A DNA stretch of 64,000 nucleotides, from contig DATFFT010000003.1 of the NCBI GenBank assembly GCA_035249905.1, positions 2,756 to 66,755 on the forward strand. Reading direction: 5' to 3'. The DNA is from Actinomycetota bacterium. GTDB taxonomy: Bacteria > Actinomycetota > UBA4738 > HRBIN12. Shown here piece after piece: positions 17,155 to 25,891 of this stretch; positions within the stretch are counted from its first letter, which is position 1; every line of letters begins with the position of its first letter. The notes below the pieces were generated by a model. That model saw only the letters and a program-made list of their open reading frames with translations, was not told where the DNA came from and ran no database searches. Both the position numbers and the translations under genes were made by a program.

Positions 17155-18531
17155 ATGCGGGTGTTGGAGTCCTTCCTCGATGCGATGGGCGACACACCGC
17201 TGGTGCGTCTGCGGTCCGTCACTCGAGGGCTGCGCCCCACGGTGCTGGCGAAGCTCGAGATGCTGAACCCGGGCGGGTCGGTGAAGGACCGTATCGGCAT
17301 CCGCATGATCGAGGCCGCCGAACACGAGGGGAAGCTCCGCCCGGGCGGCACGATCGTCGAGCCCACCTCGGGGAACACCGGGCACGGCCTCGCCATCGCG
17401 GCGGCGATCCGCGGCTATCGATGCATCTTCGTGATGCCCGACAAGATGAGCCAGGAGAAGATATCGTTGCTGCGCGCCTACGGGGCCGAGGTGGTCATCA
17501 CCCCCACGTCGGTGCCCCGTGAGTCCCCCGAGTCCTACTACTCGGTCGCGTCGCGGTTGGCCGACGAGATCCCGGGAGCCTTCCAGCCCAACCAGTACTT
17601 CAACCAGGAGAACCCGGCCGCGCATTTCGACACGACCGGCCCCGAGATCTGGGCTCAGACCGACGGCGAGATCGACGTCTTCGTCGCGGGCGTCGGCACC
17701 GGGGGCACCATCACGGGAGCGGGCCGGTTCCTGAAGTCCCGCAACCCCGACGTGGTCGTCGTCGGCGCCGACACCGAGGGCTCCGTCTTCACGGGCGACG
17801 AGCCACGCCCCTACCTCACCGAAGGCATCGGAGAGGACTTCTTCCCCGAGACCTTCGACCCCGACATCGTCGACCGATGGGTCAGGGTGACCGACCGCGA
17901 CGCCTTCCTCACGGCGAGGTCGGTGACCCGGCAGGAGGGCATCCTCGTGGGCGGGTCGGGCGGATCGGCGGTCTACGCGGCACTCGAGGTCGCGCGCGAC
18001 TACGGCGACGACGCCACGATCGTCGTGCTGCTGCCCGACACCGGCCGCAACTATCTCTCCAAGCTCTACTCCGACGGCTGGATGCGCCAGTACGGCTTCC
18101 TCGAAGGGCCCGAGGTCACAACGGTCGAAGCGGTGCTGTCGGCCAAGGGCGCCGAGCTCCCGTCGCTGATCACCGTCGATGCGCACGACAAGGTGCGCCA
18201 GGCGATCGACGTCCTGCAGGCGAGCTCGATCTCGCAGGCTCCGGTTGTCCGCGAGGGTTCCACCGACGTCTCGCAGTTCGTCGGCTCGATCCGCGACCGC
18301 GAGCTGCTCGAGCGCGTCTTCCGCGATCCCGACGCGCTCCAGGCCGACGTCGCCGAGGTCATGGCGCCCCCGATCCCGCTCGTGGAATGGGACGAGCCGA
18401 TCGAGTCGGCATTCGAGCAGCTCGAACACGCCCCGGCCGTGCTCGTCTCGAAGGCGGGGCAGGTGCTCGGCGTGCTCACGCGCAGCGACCTCCTCGACTA
18501 CCTGGCGCATCGACGGCAGGCGCACCGGTAG
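17155..18531 (+). CDS. cbs: cystathionine beta-synthase (PLP domain plus tandem CBS domains)
   Basis: ORF 17050..18531. ATG at 17155 follows AGAGGGGG. Motifs LNPGGSVKDR and EPTSGNTGHGLA. The C-terminal ~120 aa look like a CBS-pair. Confidence 0.9.
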   Translation: MRVLESFLDAMGDTPLVRLRSVTRGLRPTVLAKLEMLNPGGSVKDRIGIRMIEAAEHEGKLRPGGTIVEPTSGNTGHGLAIAAAIRGYRCIFVMPDKMSQEKISLLRAYGAEVVITPTSVPRESPESYYSVASRLADEIPGAFQPNQYFNQENPAAHFDTTGPEIWAQTDGEIDVFVAGVGTGGTITGAGRFLKSRNPDVVVVGADTEGSVFTGDEPRPYLTEGIGEDFFPETFDPDIVDRWVRVTDRDAFLTARSVTRQEGILVGGSGGSAVYAALEVARDYGDDATIVVLLPDTGRNYLSKLYSDGWMRQYGFLEGPEVTTVEAVLSAKGAELPSLITVDAHDKVRQAIDVLQASSISQAPVVREGSTDVSQFVGSIRDRELLERVFRDPDALQADVAEVMAPPIPLVEWDEPIESAFEQLEHAPAVLVSKAGQVLGVLTRSDLLDYLAHRRQAHR

Positions 18532-18538
18532 CCACACG

Positions 18539-19378
18539 GTGCGATCGCTCGGCATCGACGTCGGCGTGGGCAAGGGACTCGATGTCGTGCTGCTCGACGA
18601 ACGCTTCGTGCCCCTGCACGTCTCGTCGCGAACGCACGTCGGCGACGTCGGGCGACTGATCGCAGACCTGCGCCCCGACGTCGTGGCGATCGACTCCCCG
18701 CCGCGATGGGCCTCGTCTGGCCGTTCGCGACTGACGGAGCGCGAGCTCGCGGCCCTCAACATCTCCTCGTTCAACACGCCGAGCGAGGAACACGGAGCGG
18801 GGAACCGGTTCTTCGCCTGGATGGAGGCGGGGTTCGAGGTGTTCGCGAAGGCGGAGGCGGCGGGGTTCCCGACCTACCGTGCGGGAAGCCCCCGGGGGAA
18901 GGCGATCGAGGTCTTCCCGCACGCGACGGCGGTCGTGCTGGCCGGCTGCCTCGCGCCCGACGGCATCCGCAAGCGGGCGTTCCGCACCGCGGTGCTGCGC
19001 TCCGAAGGGGTGCGCACCGACGAGCTGGGCACGCAGGATCGCGTCGACGCCGCGCTGGCCGCACTCACGGGCCTCTACGCGCTCGGCGGGAAGCGCTTCG
19101 CGCCCGGCGACCCTCGGGAGGGGGTGATCGTCGTGCCATCGGCGACGCTGCCGGCCGTGCCGTATCGGCGGGGCACGGTCGCGCCGAGCGGATCCACACC
19201 CCTGTTCGCCTACTGTGCGTGCGGTGACGCCTCGTGCGACCGGCTGGTTCGCGGGGAGTTCGCCCCCGGCCACGACGCGAAGCGCAAGGCGATGCTGTGG
19301 TCACGGGCACGGGCAGGCGCCCAGGCACTCGATGAGCTGCGGACCAGGGGCTGGAAGGCGCCGCCGGAGCTGCGATGA
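18539..19378 (+). CDS. DUF429-like (predicted RNase H-fold) protein with a Cys-rich C-terminal tail
   Basis: In-frame GTG at 18539 within ORF 18179..19378. VRSLGIDVGVGKGLDVVLLDE and DVVAIDSPPRW resemble the DUF429 N-terminus. The tail is YCACGDASCDRLVRGEFAPGHDAKRKAML. Confidence 0.65.
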   Translation: MRSLGIDVGVGKGLDVVLLDERFVPLHVSSRTHVGDVGRLIADLRPDVVAIDSPPRWASSGRSRLTERELAALNISSFNTPSEEHGAGNRFFAWMEAGFEVFAKAEAAGFPTYRAGSPRGKAIEVFPHATAVVLAGCLAPDGIRKRAFRTAVLRSEGVRTDELGTQDRVDAALAALTGLYALGGKRFAPGDPREGVIVVPSATLPAVPYRRGTVAPSGSTPLFAYCACGDASCDRLVRGEFAPGHDAKRKAMLWSRARAGAQALDELRTRGWKAPPELR

Positions 19379-19388
19379 GGAGAGTTCG

Positions 19389-20528
19389 ATGACCGACGAC
19401 GACCTGCGGTTCGAGACGCGCGCGATCCATGCCGGACAGGACCCCGACGCGCCGTACGGCTCCGTGAACGTGCCGATCTACCAGACGTCGACCTACGCGC
19501 AGCCCGAGGTGGGCGCGCCCAAGGTCTGGGACTACGCCCGCGGCGGCAACCCGACGAGGGAGGCCTTCCAGCAGGCCCTCGCCTCCCTCGAGGGTGGTGA
19601 GCGCGGCTTCGCGTTCGCGAGCGGGCTCGGCGCCGAAGCCACCCTCCTGCTTACGCTGGGCCCCGGTGACCACGTGGTGCTCGCCGATGACGTCTACGGT
19701 GGCACGTACCGGCTGCTGTCGAAGGTGCTGACCGACTGGGGCCTGCGGTTCTCCACCGCCGACCTGCGTGACCCGGCGGCGCTTTCGGCGGCACTCACCC
19801 CCGCCACGAGGCTGGTATGGATCGAGACCCCCTCGAACCCCCTGCTGAAGATCGTCGACATCGCAGCCGCCTGCGCGATCGCCCACGAGCACGGAGCGCG
19901 CGCGGTCGTGGACAACACCTTCGCGACGCCGGCGCTGCAGCGACCTCTCGCTCTCGGCGCCGACGCGGTCGTCCATAGCGTGACGAAGTACATCGGCGGA
20001 CACTCCGACCTGATCGGGGGCGCGATCGTCACGAGCGATGAGGAGTGGATCGAGCGGCTCGGCTTCCTCGTGAACGCGGTCGGGGCCGTGCCGGGCCCGA
20101 TGGACAGCTACCTCGCGCTCCGCGGATTGAAGACCTTGGCCGTGCGCATGCGTGCCCACTGCGCGGGGGCGCGAGCGGTCGCGGGATACCTACGGGCCCA
20201 CCCGGCGGTCGCCGCCGTGCTGTACCCGGGCTTCGACGACCATCCCGGCCACGACGTCGCCGCCCGGCAGATGCAGGAGTTCGGCGGCATGGTGTCGTTC
20301 CGTGCCGGGTCCGCCGAGAAAGCCATCGACGTCGCTCGGCGCACGCGGCTGTTCTTCCTGGCGGAATCGCTAGGCGGCGTGGAGTCGCTGATCGAGGTGC
20401 CGGGCCCGATGACACATGCGAGCGTCGCCGGCTCTCCCCTCGAGGTTCCGGCCGACCTGGTGCGCCTCTCCGTCGGGATCGAGCACCCCGACGACCTGAT
20501 CGAAGACCTCGACCACGCGCTCGCATGA
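19389..20528 (+). CDS. cystathionine gamma-lyase/synthase family PLP enzyme
   Basis: ORF 19215..20528, ATG at 19389 (MTDDDLRFETRAIHAGQ). PLP-lysine block HSVTKYIGGHSD. Confidence 0.9.
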   Translation: MTDDDLRFETRAIHAGQDPDAPYGSVNVPIYQTSTYAQPEVGAPKVWDYARGGNPTREAFQQALASLEGGERGFAFASGLGAEATLLLTLGPGDHVVLADDVYGGTYRLLSKVLTDWGLRFSTADLRDPAALSAALTPATRLVWIETPSNPLLKIVDIAAACAIAHEHGARAVVDNTFATPALQRPLALGADAVVHSVTKYIGGHSDLIGGAIVTSDEEWIERLGFLVNAVGAVPGPMDSYLALRGLKTLAVRMRAHCAGARAVAGYLRAHPAVAAVLYPGFDDHPGHDVAARQMQEFGGMVSFRAGSAEKAIDVARRTRLFFLAESLGGVESLIEVPGPMTHASVAGSPLEVPADLVRLSVGIEHPDDLIEDLDHALA

Positions 20529-20568
20529 CCTGCGTCTCGATCCTGCAGTCTCGCGATACGGTCGATGC

Positions 20569-21789
20569 ATGCGACGCGCCTTCGTCTTGGTCGTATCGGC
20601 CCTGTTCGCCTCGGCCACCGTCGGCGCCGCCGAGGCGACGGCCGATGAGCCCCAACCGTTCCTCGAGGGCCTCGCGTTCCCGACGAACATGGCGTTCGCA
20701 CCCGACGGGACCTTGTTCTTCGCCGAGAAGGAGACGGGGAACCTCCGGGTCGTGACACCCGACGGCACCCTGCTCCGGCGGCCGTTCGTGACGCTCGACG
20801 TGATACCCGACGCGGAGCGGGGCCTGCTGGGGGTCGCGGTCCACCCCGACTTCGAACGGGACCCCTGGGTGTACCTCTACCTCTCGGATCGGACGGACGG
20901 TCGGAACCGGCTCGTGCGGGTGCGGGCCGCCGGCGCCGTCGCCGCCGGTGCGCCGGAAGCCCTGCTCGACGGCCTCAGCGCAGCCGCCGGCTACCACAAC
21001 GGCGGCGATCTCGCGTTCGGCACCGATGGCACCCTGTTCATCGCGGTGGGCGAGGCGCACGATCCCGACCACGCCCAGGACGCAGGCGACATCGGAGGAA
21101 AGGTGCTTCGCCTCACCGCGGACGGCGAGGTTCCGGCCGACAACCCCTTCGGGCCGCAGAACCCCGCCTGGTCGATCGGGCACCGGAACCCGTTCGGGCT
21201 CTGCGTCGATCCTGCGACCGGAGCGCTCTGGGAGACGGAGAACGGACCGGACCGCGACGACGAGGTGAACCTGATCGAGGCAGGCGCCAACTACGGGTGG
21301 CCGATCGTCACGGGCGCTGCGGCAGACGAGCACTTCAGCGACCCCGTCGTCGTCTTCCCGGAGCCGATCGCCATCACGGGGTGCTCCGTCGTCGGCGACC
21401 ACGTCTGGTTCGGCTCGTTCGACGGGCGATTGTGGCGCCTGCGGACCGACGGCTCCGGTTCGGCCCAGGCCCGGCAGGTCGCCACGTTCACCGCGGGCGT
21501 GACCGATGTGGCGCTGGCCCCTGACGGCGACCTCTACGTCGCGACCGCCGATTCCATCTGGACGGTCGCGGGGCCGGCCGAGACCTCGCCGTCGGCATCC
21601 GCCACCCCTGCGACGACTCCGCCCACGGTGTCTGCGACGCCGTCGCCTCGCCCGGTTTCCTCGGCCGACGAGGGCACCTCGGCGCGCACATGGATCGCCG
21701 CCGGTGCGTTCGTCGTGCTCGCCGGCGCGCTGTGGGCCCGGTTCGCCGCGGGCCGGCGACTCCGGCGCCGTCCCGGGCATCGGGAGTGA
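20569..21789 (+). CDS. PQQ-dependent sugar dehydrogenase (soluble aldose dehydrogenase-like), secreted, with a C-terminal TM anchor
   Basis: Signal peptide MRRAFVLVVSALFASATVGAAEA. Motifs GLLGVAVHPDF, GYHNGGDLAFG, GKVLRL, SIGHRNPFG and ANYGWP. Thr/Pro-rich linker followed by a hydrophobic tail. Confidence 0.8.
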   Translation: MRRAFVLVVSALFASATVGAAEATADEPQPFLEGLAFPTNMAFAPDGTLFFAEKETGNLRVVTPDGTLLRRPFVTLDVIPDAERGLLGVAVHPDFERDPWVYLYLSDRTDGRNRLVRVRAAGAVAAGAPEALLDGLSAAAGYHNGGDLAFGTDGTLFIAVGEAHDPDHAQDAGDIGGKVLRLTADGEVPADNPFGPQNPAWSIGHRNPFGLCVDPATGALWETENGPDRDDEVNLIEAGANYGWPIVTGAAADEHFSDPVVVFPEPIAITGCSVVGDHVWFGSFDGRLWRLRTDGSGSAQARQVATFTAGVTDVALAPDGDLYVATADSIWTVAGPAETSPSASATPATTPPTVSATPSPRPVSSADEGTSARTWIAAGAFVVLAGALWARFAAGRRLRRRPGHRE

Positions 21790-21815
21790 GCGCGAGGCGG
21801 TTCGAGGCTACGCGG

Positions 21816-21980
21816 CTACCCCTTCGGTCGCTTCATGTAGGCCACCGTCGAGACCGCCCCCGTGGGTGTGGGCTGCGCCACCACCGAGATGAGCTCCCAC
21901 CCGTCGTCGCCGAACGTGTTGAGGATCTCTCCCGGGTTGTGCTCGAGCAGCGGAGCGACGAAGTACTCCCACGCGGTCAT
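21816..21980 (-). CDS. DUF4177-like small protein
   Basis: ATG at 21980 follows GGAGGAG. The sequence is MTAWEYFVAPLLEHNPGEILNTFGDDGWELISVV. 54 aa. Confidence 0.55.
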   Translation of the reverse strand: MTAWEYFVAPLLEHNPGEILNTFGDDGWELISVVAQPTPTGAVSTVAYMKRPKG

Positions 21981-22423
21981 TCGCTCTCCTCCCGTTGCAG
22001 TCGGATGTCGGTGGCCCTGATGCACACGCCCATGATCACGTCGAGCCCACCCTCGGTCGCGATGCGGTAGGCCTCGTCGCTCACGATGCCATCCTGCAGC
22101 CACAGCACCTTCGCTCCGATCGCCACCGCGTCGCGCGCAACCTCAGCAGTCTCCTCGGCCCTGCGGAAGACGTCGACCACGTCGATCCGGATGTCGTCGG
22201 GGATGTCGCGCAGCGAGGGATACGCCTGCTCGCCGAGCACCTCGGTCTCCCGCGGGTTCACCGGCACGATGCGGTAGCCGCGGCGCTGCAGGTACGTGGC
22301 CACATCGAGCGATGGCCGGCCGGGTTTCGACGACAGCCCGACGACGGCGATCGTGCGCGCCTCGCCGAGCAGTATGCGGAGCTCCCGGTCCTCCGGGACA
22401 ACGGCGTTCACGGCATCGGCCAC
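21977..22423 (-). CDS. CoA-binding domain protein (YccU/YneT-like)
   Basis: ORF 21977..22468. GTG at 22423 follows GGAAGGAG. Motifs IAVVGLSSKPGRPS, IVPVNP and VDVFR. Confidence 0.8.
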   Translation of the reverse strand: MADAVNAVVPEDRELRILLGEARTIAVVGLSSKPGRPSLDVATYLQRRGYRIVPVNPRETEVLGEQAYPSLRDIPDDIRIDVVDVFRRAEETAEVARDAVAIGAKVLWLQDGIVSDEAYRIATEGGLDVIMGVCIRATDIRLQREESE

Positions 22424-22989
22424 GTCGTCTCCTTCCTGATCGTCTCGAGCAGCGTGTGGAGCATCCACCCCGTCGCACCCCAGACGGTATGCCCGTCGAG
22501 CTCGTAGGCGAACCCACGCCAGACGCTACCGCCGGGCCGGTCGTGGGACACCCGCTGCTCCGCCAGCGCGAGTCGCTCGAGGCCGAAGACGAGCACCTCG
22601 TCGATCTCTGCCTCGTTCACGGTGAACCCCGGCGCGTGATCGACCGTGCCGACGAAGGGCACCACCAGGATGCCGGTGACGAACGTATGCACGGCAGGCA
22701 GGGCGCCGAGCACCCTCGGCGTGGAGGGGTCGAGGCCGATCTCCTCGTGTGCTTCCCGTAGGGCCGTCTCCGCCAGCGTCTCCCCGGGCTCCTGCAGCCC
22801 ACCGGGGAACGAGATCTCACCCGCGTGGCGCGACAGCGCGGCCGAGCGGACGGTGAGGATCATCGATGGCTCGGGCTCGAGCACGATCGGAGCCAGGACG
22901 GCGGCGAGCCGATCCCCGGCCCCGAGGACGGGCGAAGGATCGGGGTCGAGGGCTGCCGCGAGCGACGCCGTTGCGTCTGCGTGTAGCAT
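22408..22989 (-). CDS. Nudix hydrolase, CoA pyrophosphatase type
   Basis: The CoA-type motif LTVRSAALSRHAGEISFPGG is followed by the Nudix box GGLQEPGETLAETALREAHEEIGL. Confidence 0.8.
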   Translation of the reverse strand: MLHADATASLAAALDPDPSPVLGAGDRLAAVLAPIVLEPEPSMILTVRSAALSRHAGEISFPGGLQEPGETLAETALREAHEEIGLDPSTPRVLGALPAVHTFVTGILVVPFVGTVDHAPGFTVNEAEIDEVLVFGLERLALAEQRVSHDRPGGSVWRGFAYELDGHTVWGATGWMLHTLLETIRKETTWPMP

Positions 22990-22997
22990 CCCGCGCC

Positions 22998-24188
22998 ATG
23001 GTAGAGGAGGCCGTGCTCGACGCCGTCGCCGCCGCCGTCGACCCCGACGAGTTGCTGGCCTTCGCCCGAGCCCTGATCGCCGCGAAGAGCGAGAACCCCG
23101 GAGGCACCGAGGACGAGGCCGCGGGCGTCGCCAGCGAGATCCTCACGGGATGCGGTGCCGAGCCGACGATCGTGAGATCGGACGCGGGGCGTCCGAGCGT
23201 GGTGGCGGCCGTCGGATCGACCGATGGAGGGCCGAGCCTCGCATGGAACGGACATCTCGACGTCGTGCCCGCTGGATCGCTCGACACGTGGCGACATGAT
23301 CCCTGGGCCGGCGTCGTCGACGACGAGGGCTCCCTCGTCGGACGCGGGGCCTCGGACATGAAGGGACCGGTCGCGGCCGCCCTCGCCGCCGGAACCGCGC
23401 TCCGCAGGGTCGGCGTGCCGCTCACGGGCTCGCTCGTGTTCCACCTCGCCGCCGATGAAGAGCACGCGGGCGTGCACGGCAGCCGCGTGTTGTGGGAACG
23501 AGGGCTGCTCACCCAGCAGGCCGCGATCGTCGGCGAGCCCAGCGACCTGCAGGTCGGCCTCGCCGAGCGCGGAGGGGGATGGTTCACCGCCACGTCGTAC
23601 GGGAAGGCCGCACACGGGTCCCAGCCTCACCGCGGCGTGAACGCGATCACGTCGATGGCGCGGTTCCTGCTGCGCCTCCCCGAGGTGTTGCCCGACCGCG
23701 AACATCCGCTCGTCGGACGCCCCACGGTCAACGCGGCGACGATCTCGGGGGGCAGCGCTCCCAACGTCGTGCCGGACCGGTGCGAGGTCGCGATCGATCG
23801 CCGGATCGTGCCCGGCGAGACCGACCCGGACGAGGTGCGGGCCCCCTTCGTCGCCCTGGTCGAGGCGCTGCGTGCCGAGCACCCCGAGGTCGAGATCGAC
23901 GTCTCGCTCCGCGAATGGACCGAGGCGGCCGAGGCGTCTCCCGACACCGAGATCGCCCGTGTCGCCGTCGACGCGTTGGAGGCGGTGACGGGGTCGCGTC
24001 CCCCCTTCGTGGGGTTCACCGGCATCACCGACGCGCGCTTCTACATCAACCAGGCGGAGATCCCGACGGTGATCTGCGGGCCGGGCTCGCTCACCGTCGC
24101 CCACACGGCGAACGAATGGGTGAAGGTCGACGAGCTCGTGGCCGGCGCCAGGGCGTACGCGAGGATGTTCGCCGCGTTCCTCGCGTGA
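22998..24188 (+). CDS. M20 family metallopeptidase (ArgE/DapE-like)
   Basis: ORF 22866..24188, ATG at 22998. Motifs WNGHLDVVP and GRGASDMKG. Confidence 0.85.
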   Translation: MVEEAVLDAVAAAVDPDELLAFARALIAAKSENPGGTEDEAAGVASEILTGCGAEPTIVRSDAGRPSVVAAVGSTDGGPSLAWNGHLDVVPAGSLDTWRHDPWAGVVDDEGSLVGRGASDMKGPVAAALAAGTALRRVGVPLTGSLVFHLAADEEHAGVHGSRVLWERGLLTQQAAIVGEPSDLQVGLAERGGGWFTATSYGKAAHGSQPHRGVNAITSMARFLLRLPEVLPDREHPLVGRPTVNAATISGGSAPNVVPDRCEVAIDRRIVPGETDPDEVRAPFVALVEALRAEHPEVEIDVSLREWTEAAEASPDTEIARVAVDALEAVTGSRPPFVGFTGITDARFYINQAEIPTVICGPGSLTVAHTANEWVKVDELVAGARAYARMFAAFLA

Positions 24189-24235
24189 GATCACGCGCTT
24201 CGCGTTCGGCCTCCCGCGACGTATCCTGGAAGGCG

Positions 24236-24583
24236 ATGGACACCGCGACGACTCCACCGATCGTCGTCACCGAGGCCGCCGCCACGAAAGCACGCGCGCT
24301 GGCCGAGCGCGACGGACGCCCCGGCGCCGCCCTGCGCGTGCGCGTGACCGCCGGCGGTTGCTCCGGCTTCAGCTACGAGCTGACGCTCGAGGACGCCCCG
24401 GCCGACGACGATCACGTGGTGGACGGTCCGGGCGGCTTCCGGGTGCTCGTCGACCCCGCGAGCGTGCCGATCGTCGCCGGCTCCACGCTCGAGTTCAACG
24501 ACTCGATGCTGGGCGGCGGCCTGAAGATGGTGAACCCGCAGGTCAAGCACGAGTGCGCGTGCGGGGAATCCTTCAGCATCTAG
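24236..24583 (+). CDS. A-type iron-sulfur cluster carrier (IscA/ErpA/HesB family)
   Basis: Internal ATG at 24236. Motifs [15 protein letters not shown] and the C-terminal CACGESF. Confidence 0.9.
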   Translation: MDTATTPPIVVTEAAATKARALAERDGRPGAALRVRVTAGGCSGFSYELTLEDAPADDDHVVDGPGGFRVLVDPASVPIVAGSTLEFNDSMLGGGLKMVNPQVKHECACGESFSI

Positions 24584-24639
24584 AAGAGCGTCCCCTCGTC
24601 GACGGGCGTCCGCAACCGGACCCCACGACGACGTCAGCT

Positions 24640-25782
24640 ATGCTGCAGTCGATGCCCGCCCCTGCAGACAAGACACAGTGGAAGCATCTCTACGACGAGG
24701 TCGTCACGACCGGCTTGTGCACGGGATGCACCGCCTGCATCGTCGCGTGCCCCTTCCACGTGCTGGGCTATGAGGACGACCTTCCTGTGCAGCTGCAGGA
24801 CGAGGGGCCCGATCATTGCTCCCACGGCGACAAGGGGTGCTCGCTCTGCACGCTCGCGTGTCCGCGGTTCCGGGATTGGGAATCGGAGATCGACACGACC
24901 CTGTTCGGCATGGCCCGCACGCCCGACGAGGTGATCGGCAAGCACCGCGAGATCGTGCTCGCCCGTGCGGCCGATCCCGAGATGCTGATGAACGGCCAGG
25001 ACGGCGGCGTGGTGTCCGCGCTGCTGATCTGGGGACTGCGAACCGGGCAGATCGACGGGGCCTGTACGTCGAAGCTCTCGGACGAGAGCCCCTGGGACGC
25101 GGAGCCCACGGTGGTGACCGATGCGCGAGGCGTGCTCGACACCGCCGGCTCGCGGTACACCTACTCGGCGAACCCGCTCGCGCTCCTGCAGGCGGCCGAG
25201 ATGGGTCTGTCGAACGTGGCGCTCGTCGGCATGAGCTGCCAGGCGAGCGTCACCGGTTCCATGGAAGCCCGCAGGGTGAACAAGTGGCGGAGGAAGATCG
25301 CCTGGACGTTCGGGCTGCTCTGCTCGAAGACGTTCACCTACGACGGCCTCATGGTGCAGATCGCTCAGGAGGAGCTCGGCCTCGATCTCGATCATCTTGC
25401 CCGGGTGAACGTGAAGGGCAAGCTGCTGTTCTACACCGACGAGGGCGACGAGATCACCTACTCGTTGAAGGACGCGCACCGGTTCACCAGGCCGGGCTGC
25501 TTGCGGTGCCCCGACTTCGCCGCGGAGCACGCCGACATCTCCTTCGGTGGTCTGGGCCAGTCCGACGGTTGGACGCTCACGATCGTGCGGACCGATCGAG
25601 GCGCCGAGATCTGGGAGCGAGCGCTCGCCGAGGGCATCGTGCAGGCCCGGCCCGCGTCCGAGGATCCCAAGGCCGTCGAGCTCATGTTCAAGCTGGCGGC
25701 GAAGTCCCGTGAGCGGTGGCCCGAAGCCGGCGAGATCGCCTCCGCCGGAACCTCACCCGGCTTGATCCCCCATCCGGCCTAG
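24640..25782 (+). CDS. FrhB/FdhB-family (coenzyme F420 hydrogenase/dehydrogenase beta-like) flavo-iron-sulfur protein
   Basis: Internal ATG at 24640. Two ferredoxin-type clusters: [12 protein letters not shown] and CSLCTLACP. The FrhB-like core has [18 protein letters not shown] and CxxCPDF. Confidence 0.7.
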   Translation: MLQSMPAPADKTQWKHLYDEVVTTGLCTGCTACIVACPFHVLGYEDDLPVQLQDEGPDHCSHGDKGCSLCTLACPRFRDWESEIDTTLFGMARTPDEVIGKHREIVLARAADPEMLMNGQDGGVVSALLIWGLRTGQIDGACTSKLSDESPWDAEPTVVTDARGVLDTAGSRYTYSANPLALLQAAEMGLSNVALVGMSCQASVTGSMEARRVNKWRRKIAWTFGLLCSKTFTYDGLMVQIAQEELGLDLDHLARVNVKGKLLFYTDEGDEITYSLKDAHRFTRPGCLRCPDFAAEHADISFGGLGQSDGWTLTIVRTDRGAEIWERALAEGIVQARPASEDPKAVELMFKLAAKSRERWPEAGEIASAGTSPGLIPHPA

Positions 25783-25891
25783 TCCGGGCGACCGTCTACA
25801 CCCCGGTCCGAGACCGTCCGATAGACGTCGTGTGGACGCTGCCCGGCGCCCTGCGGCCACACGCGGCCGGCCTTCGGGACGAGGAGACGAG

